NCBI GenBank assembly: GCA_965222225.1
Contig: CBDCTK010000002.1
Span: forward strand, 4,224,001-4,288,000
From: Candidatus Poribacteria bacterium
GTDB taxonomy: Bacteria > Poribacteria > WGA-4E > JAJDTR01
Reading direction: 5' to 3'
DNA length: 64,000 bases
Shown: positions 60,800 to 64,000 of the stretch, piece by piece
Layout: each line of letters starts with the position of its first letter
Position numbering within the stretch: the stretch's first letter is position 1
The notes under the pieces: generated by a model
Database searches by the model: none
The model's input: only the letters and a program-made list of their open reading frames with translations
What the model was told of the DNA's origin: nothing
Translations under genes and position numbers: made by a program

Positions 60800-62275
60800 A
60801 TGTCCAATCCTTCTCAACATCGCCCTAATATCATGGTCATCCACTGCCACGACCTTGGTCGGCATCTCGGTTGTTACGGCCGTGGCGTCGAAACACCAAA
60901 CATCGACCGCCTGGCAGGTGAAGGCGTTCGATTCGATCGGTATTTTTCAACGGCCCCGTACTGCGCCCCGAGCAGATGCAGCCGCATGACAGGACTTTAT
61001 CCCGTCAACCACGGTGCAATCGGTCAGACGCACTTGGGTTGGAAAATGAACGATGGGCTTCAAACACTGCCGATGTACATGAACGCGCTCGGTTATGATA
61101 CCTATCTCTTCGGTTTTCAACACGAAGCTATCGATCCTAAAGAACTCGGTTATCAGCACACCGAATACGGTTTTCCAAACGCCACGATTAGCGCCATGGA
61201 TGTAGCGCCGCGTGTTCAACAGTTTCTCGACGGTCATCGCCAAGAAGATGGCCCCTTCTACATGGATGTCGGATTCACGGAGGCGCACTCGATGACCCCG
61301 CGCGGCGGGTTCGACACTTGGCCCGACAACCTACCCGTGCCGCGTTTCAAACCAAAGTATGTCCACCGTGTCGATGCCTCTAAGTACATGGGTCAGATAG
61401 TCTGTCCCGTTGACAACCCGTGCGATCCCTATTTTCGCGACTACGATCCGGACGAAGTTCAGGCGCTTCCATACCTCCCGGACCGACGTGGGATTCGCGA
61501 AGACATCGCGGAACTGAATAGCCTCATCACATGCGTCATTGATGTCGCGGTCGGACGAATCCTCGACAGACTTAGCGCCACCGGGCTGGACAAAAACACA
61601 CTTGTCATCTTCACGACAGATCACGGTATCGAGGTGCCGCGCGCCAAAGGATCCCTCTACGACGCGGGCATTGAGTGTGCCCTGATTATGCGCTATCCCG
61701 ACAATTTCCACCCGGGGAAGACGAATGATGCTTTGCTAAGCAATGTTGACTTTCTGCCCACCCTTGTCGAGATTGCCGGCGGCCATGCGCCGAATGACAT
61801 TGACGGACGCTCCTTCCTTCCAATGCTTCAAAACCGCGCTTATCAACGACGAGATCACATCTATGCTGAAAACACCTGGCACGGTCAGTATATCCCGATA
61901 CGAGGAATTAGGACGGAGCGCTTCAAGTATCTTATGAACTTCGATTCTCACAAGCATCTGCTGTACCCGCAAAATAGATCCGCCCGCGAAGTGCTCACGG
62001 AACTGCTAACGGGATTCAAAGGAATCGAGGAGCTATACGACCTCCGGTTTGATCCACACGAGCAGAATAATCTCGCATGTACACGAAAGATGTTTGGTTT
62101 CGGCAACATGGGGTTCACCGGATTGTCAGACTGGAAGCCCTGTCATCCCGATTACGAGGAAACTGCGAAGTCCTTCAAAACGCAATTGAGGGCGCACATG
62201 GAGGAAACAAACGATCTGCTGCTGACGGGCCCTGTAACGCATCCCGGTTTTGAGCACATTTGGGACGACCTCTAA
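60800..62275 (+). CDS. Formylglycine-dependent sulfatase
   Basis: RPNIMVIHCHDLG, TPNIDRLA, CAPSR...MTG, FTTDHG, ELYDL..DP.E..NL. Confidence 0.93.
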   Translation: MSNPSQHRPNIMVIHCHDLGRHLGCYGRGVETPNIDRLAGEGVRFDRYFSTAPYCAPSRCSRMTGLYPVNHGAIGQTHLGWKMNDGLQTLPMYMNALGYDTYLFGFQHEAIDPKELGYQHTEYGFPNATISAMDVAPRVQQFLDGHRQEDGPFYMDVGFTEAHSMTPRGGFDTWPDNLPVPRFKPKYVHRVDASKYMGQIVCPVDNPCDPYFRDYDPDEVQALPYLPDRRGIREDIAELNSLITCVIDVAVGRILDRLSATGLDKNTLVIFTTDHGIEVPRAKGSLYDAGIECALIMRYPDNFHPGKTNDALLSNVDFLPTLVEIAGGHAPNDIDGRSFLPMLQNRAYQRRDHIYAENTWHGQYIPIRGIRTERFKYLMNFDSHKHLLYPQNRSAREVLTELLTGFKGIEELYDLRFDPHEQNNLACTRKMFGFGNMGFTGLSDWKPCHPDYEETAKSFKTQLRAHMEETNDLLLTGPVTHPGFEHIWDDL

Positions 62276-62386
62276 TTGCTAGATTGACTTTTTCAGTTTC
62301 CTGTCTAGTGGTGGCCCATGCCCCGCTCGTTCTGGATTGACAAATCCAGAACGTTAACCCGGAACGTCTCCTCCGGAGAGAAAGCG

Positions 62387-63549
62387 ATGATAACAAAATT
62401 CGGTACACTCTTTGCGGGCCATGTTGACCTGCCAGAGGTAGGATACGGCGCTCCCCCCGTTAACTCGCACTGGCTGTCCAATGAACACCTAGCCACCGTG
62501 TACGCTAAAACGGAAGCCATCGCAAAGTTCATGGATCGCACCGGTTACGACACACTCTGGTTGGCGGAGCATCACTTCCAGCGCGAAGGATATGAGTGCA
62601 TCTCAAACATCATGATGCTTGCAGTCCATCTCGCGCATCTAACGGAAAAACTGAAAATCGGAAGCGCTTTCAACATTCCGCCTATGTGGCATCCACTTCG
62701 CCTAGCCGAGGATTATTCCACCGCCGACATTCTTACAAATGGGCGCATCATCTTCGGAATAGGACGCGGTTACCACACACGTGAAGTCGAGGTATTCGGT
62801 GCACCGCTGCTTGATAAAGATGCCAACCGCGAGCTGTTCGAGGAGCAGATAGAGGTCATTTTCAAGGCATTCAATGAGCCTTCCTTCTCTCACCATGGTA
62901 AGTATTACGACATTCCGCCTAGGTGCCCTATCGCGGGTACGAATTGGAAGACATTACACTCGTCCCGCGACCCCTCAAACTACCTGTGGAGTGCTGGCAA
63001 CCCATCGTCAGCGCCAGCGATCGCGGACTGAACTTGATGGCGAAGTACGGTATCAAAGGCATGATAGGCGGCGGAGCTGCAGCTGGCGGCGCGGCGGACA
63101 AAGTCGTGGATGCATGGCAGCGCGTCCAAGCAAATCACGGTAGAGAACTGCATCGCGGCGGTGACCTGAACGTTGGATTCACCTGTTATATCGCCGACAC
63201 CGAAGAACAGGCAATAAAGGAGGCTACGAAATACTTTGAAGAGAACGTGAAGATGTTCGCTCCGCTTGGGTTCGTAGGTGGATTAACCGAGGATCAGGTC
63301 GCCGCCACAGCGGATCCACTACGAATAAAAAGCGCGGGGCTCCCTACGCTCAAGGACGCCATAAAAGCCGGTTCTTGGCTATGCGGTCCGCCCGAGTTAA
63401 TCATTGAAAAATTGATGGACGTTCAGAAACGACTTCCCGGTCTTGAGCAAATCACTCTCAACAATACAATCGGGATGCCCGAGGATGCCATCTTGGAGCA
63501 ACTCGACCGCTTCGCCGCAGACGTGATGCCGGCATTTAAGAGTCAGTAG
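62387..63549 (+). pseudogene. LLM-class flavin-dependent oxidoreductase with a 1-nt frameshift near 62920
   Basis: WLAEHHF, WHPLRLAED, GIGRGY in the first frame; VPYRGY..LVPRP continues in the next frame; junction CCG CCT AG GTG (expected GAG). Confidence 0.8.
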
Positions 63550-63712
63550 GATGGGGGCTACCCACCAGATTTCGAGTCTTGTCCCAACCACTGCTTTTCT
63601 TACGCATCACGTATCAGGAATCGCCGGCTACTAGCCACTAATCACCAGCCATCGCTTTTCTCACGCATTATTCATCATCGTTCCAACCCGTTCCGCTGCC
63701 ACTCCTGATAAC

Positions 63713-64000
63713 GTGAAAAAAACTCTGCCACCCCCCATCACGAAAAGGGCTATCCTAACCGGTGTGCTACTAATCATTGCCAATAGTTATTGGCTTGCCT
63801 ACATTGAAATGATTTGGCACACAGCCCATTTGACAACTGTTGCGCTCTCAGTTAACGTCCTGTTCGCTATTTTGATGATTACGTGGCTAAACATGGGCGT
63901 GCGTACCATCGCTCCGAGAGCAGCGTTAAGTCAGCGCGATTTGCTTGTCATCTACAGCATGCTCGCCGTGGGCAGCGCATTTTCCGGTCACGACTCAATG
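63713..64000 (+). CDS. DUF6785-like membrane protein, N-terminal part (runs off the window end)
   Basis: GTG 63713, open frame: ITKRAILTGVLLIIANSYW...ALSQRDLLVIYSMLAVGSAFSGHD. Confidence 0.65.
   Translation, partial: MKKTLPPPITKRAILTGVLLIIANSYWLAYIEMIWHTAHLTTVALSVNVLFAILMITWLNMGVRTIAPRAALSQRDLLVIYSMLAVGSAFSGHDSM

Overview
Bacterial chromosome segment, most likely Candidatus Poribacteria (inferred from a WD40-cohesin-dockerin protein with a YPNPFNPETWIPY C-terminal domain, eight PhyH dioxygenases, a sulfatase, glycosidases and a DUF6785-like transporter). 1-12.4 kb is an AT-richer, partly decayed defence island: TIR/ThsB-like pseudogenes with membrane partners, an HD dNTPase plus YwgA-like gene, a HEPN protein and a frameshifted Eco57I-like N6-adenine methyltransferase whose 3' end is duplicated 4.2 kb downstream. 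12.7-41 kb holds mostly housekeeping and transport genes: bfr, Fe3+ ABC transporter, ppk2, ECF sigma/anti-sigma, a complete IS1595 element, folB, waaA, trxA, TolC/MacA/ATPase and RFAP synthase. 41-64 kb is a catabolic cluster. The most unusual signal is non-coding: a 35-36 bp dispersed micro-element (GGATCTCTATCGC-NN-TC-NN-TATTC-NN-TC-NN-TTGAT). Its four variable dinucleotides co-vary as base pairs of a tandem-GA hairpin, it inserts without target duplication into GTAG-REP hairpins and MITEs, and it nests inside itself. All alignments were done by eye; no database searches were run.
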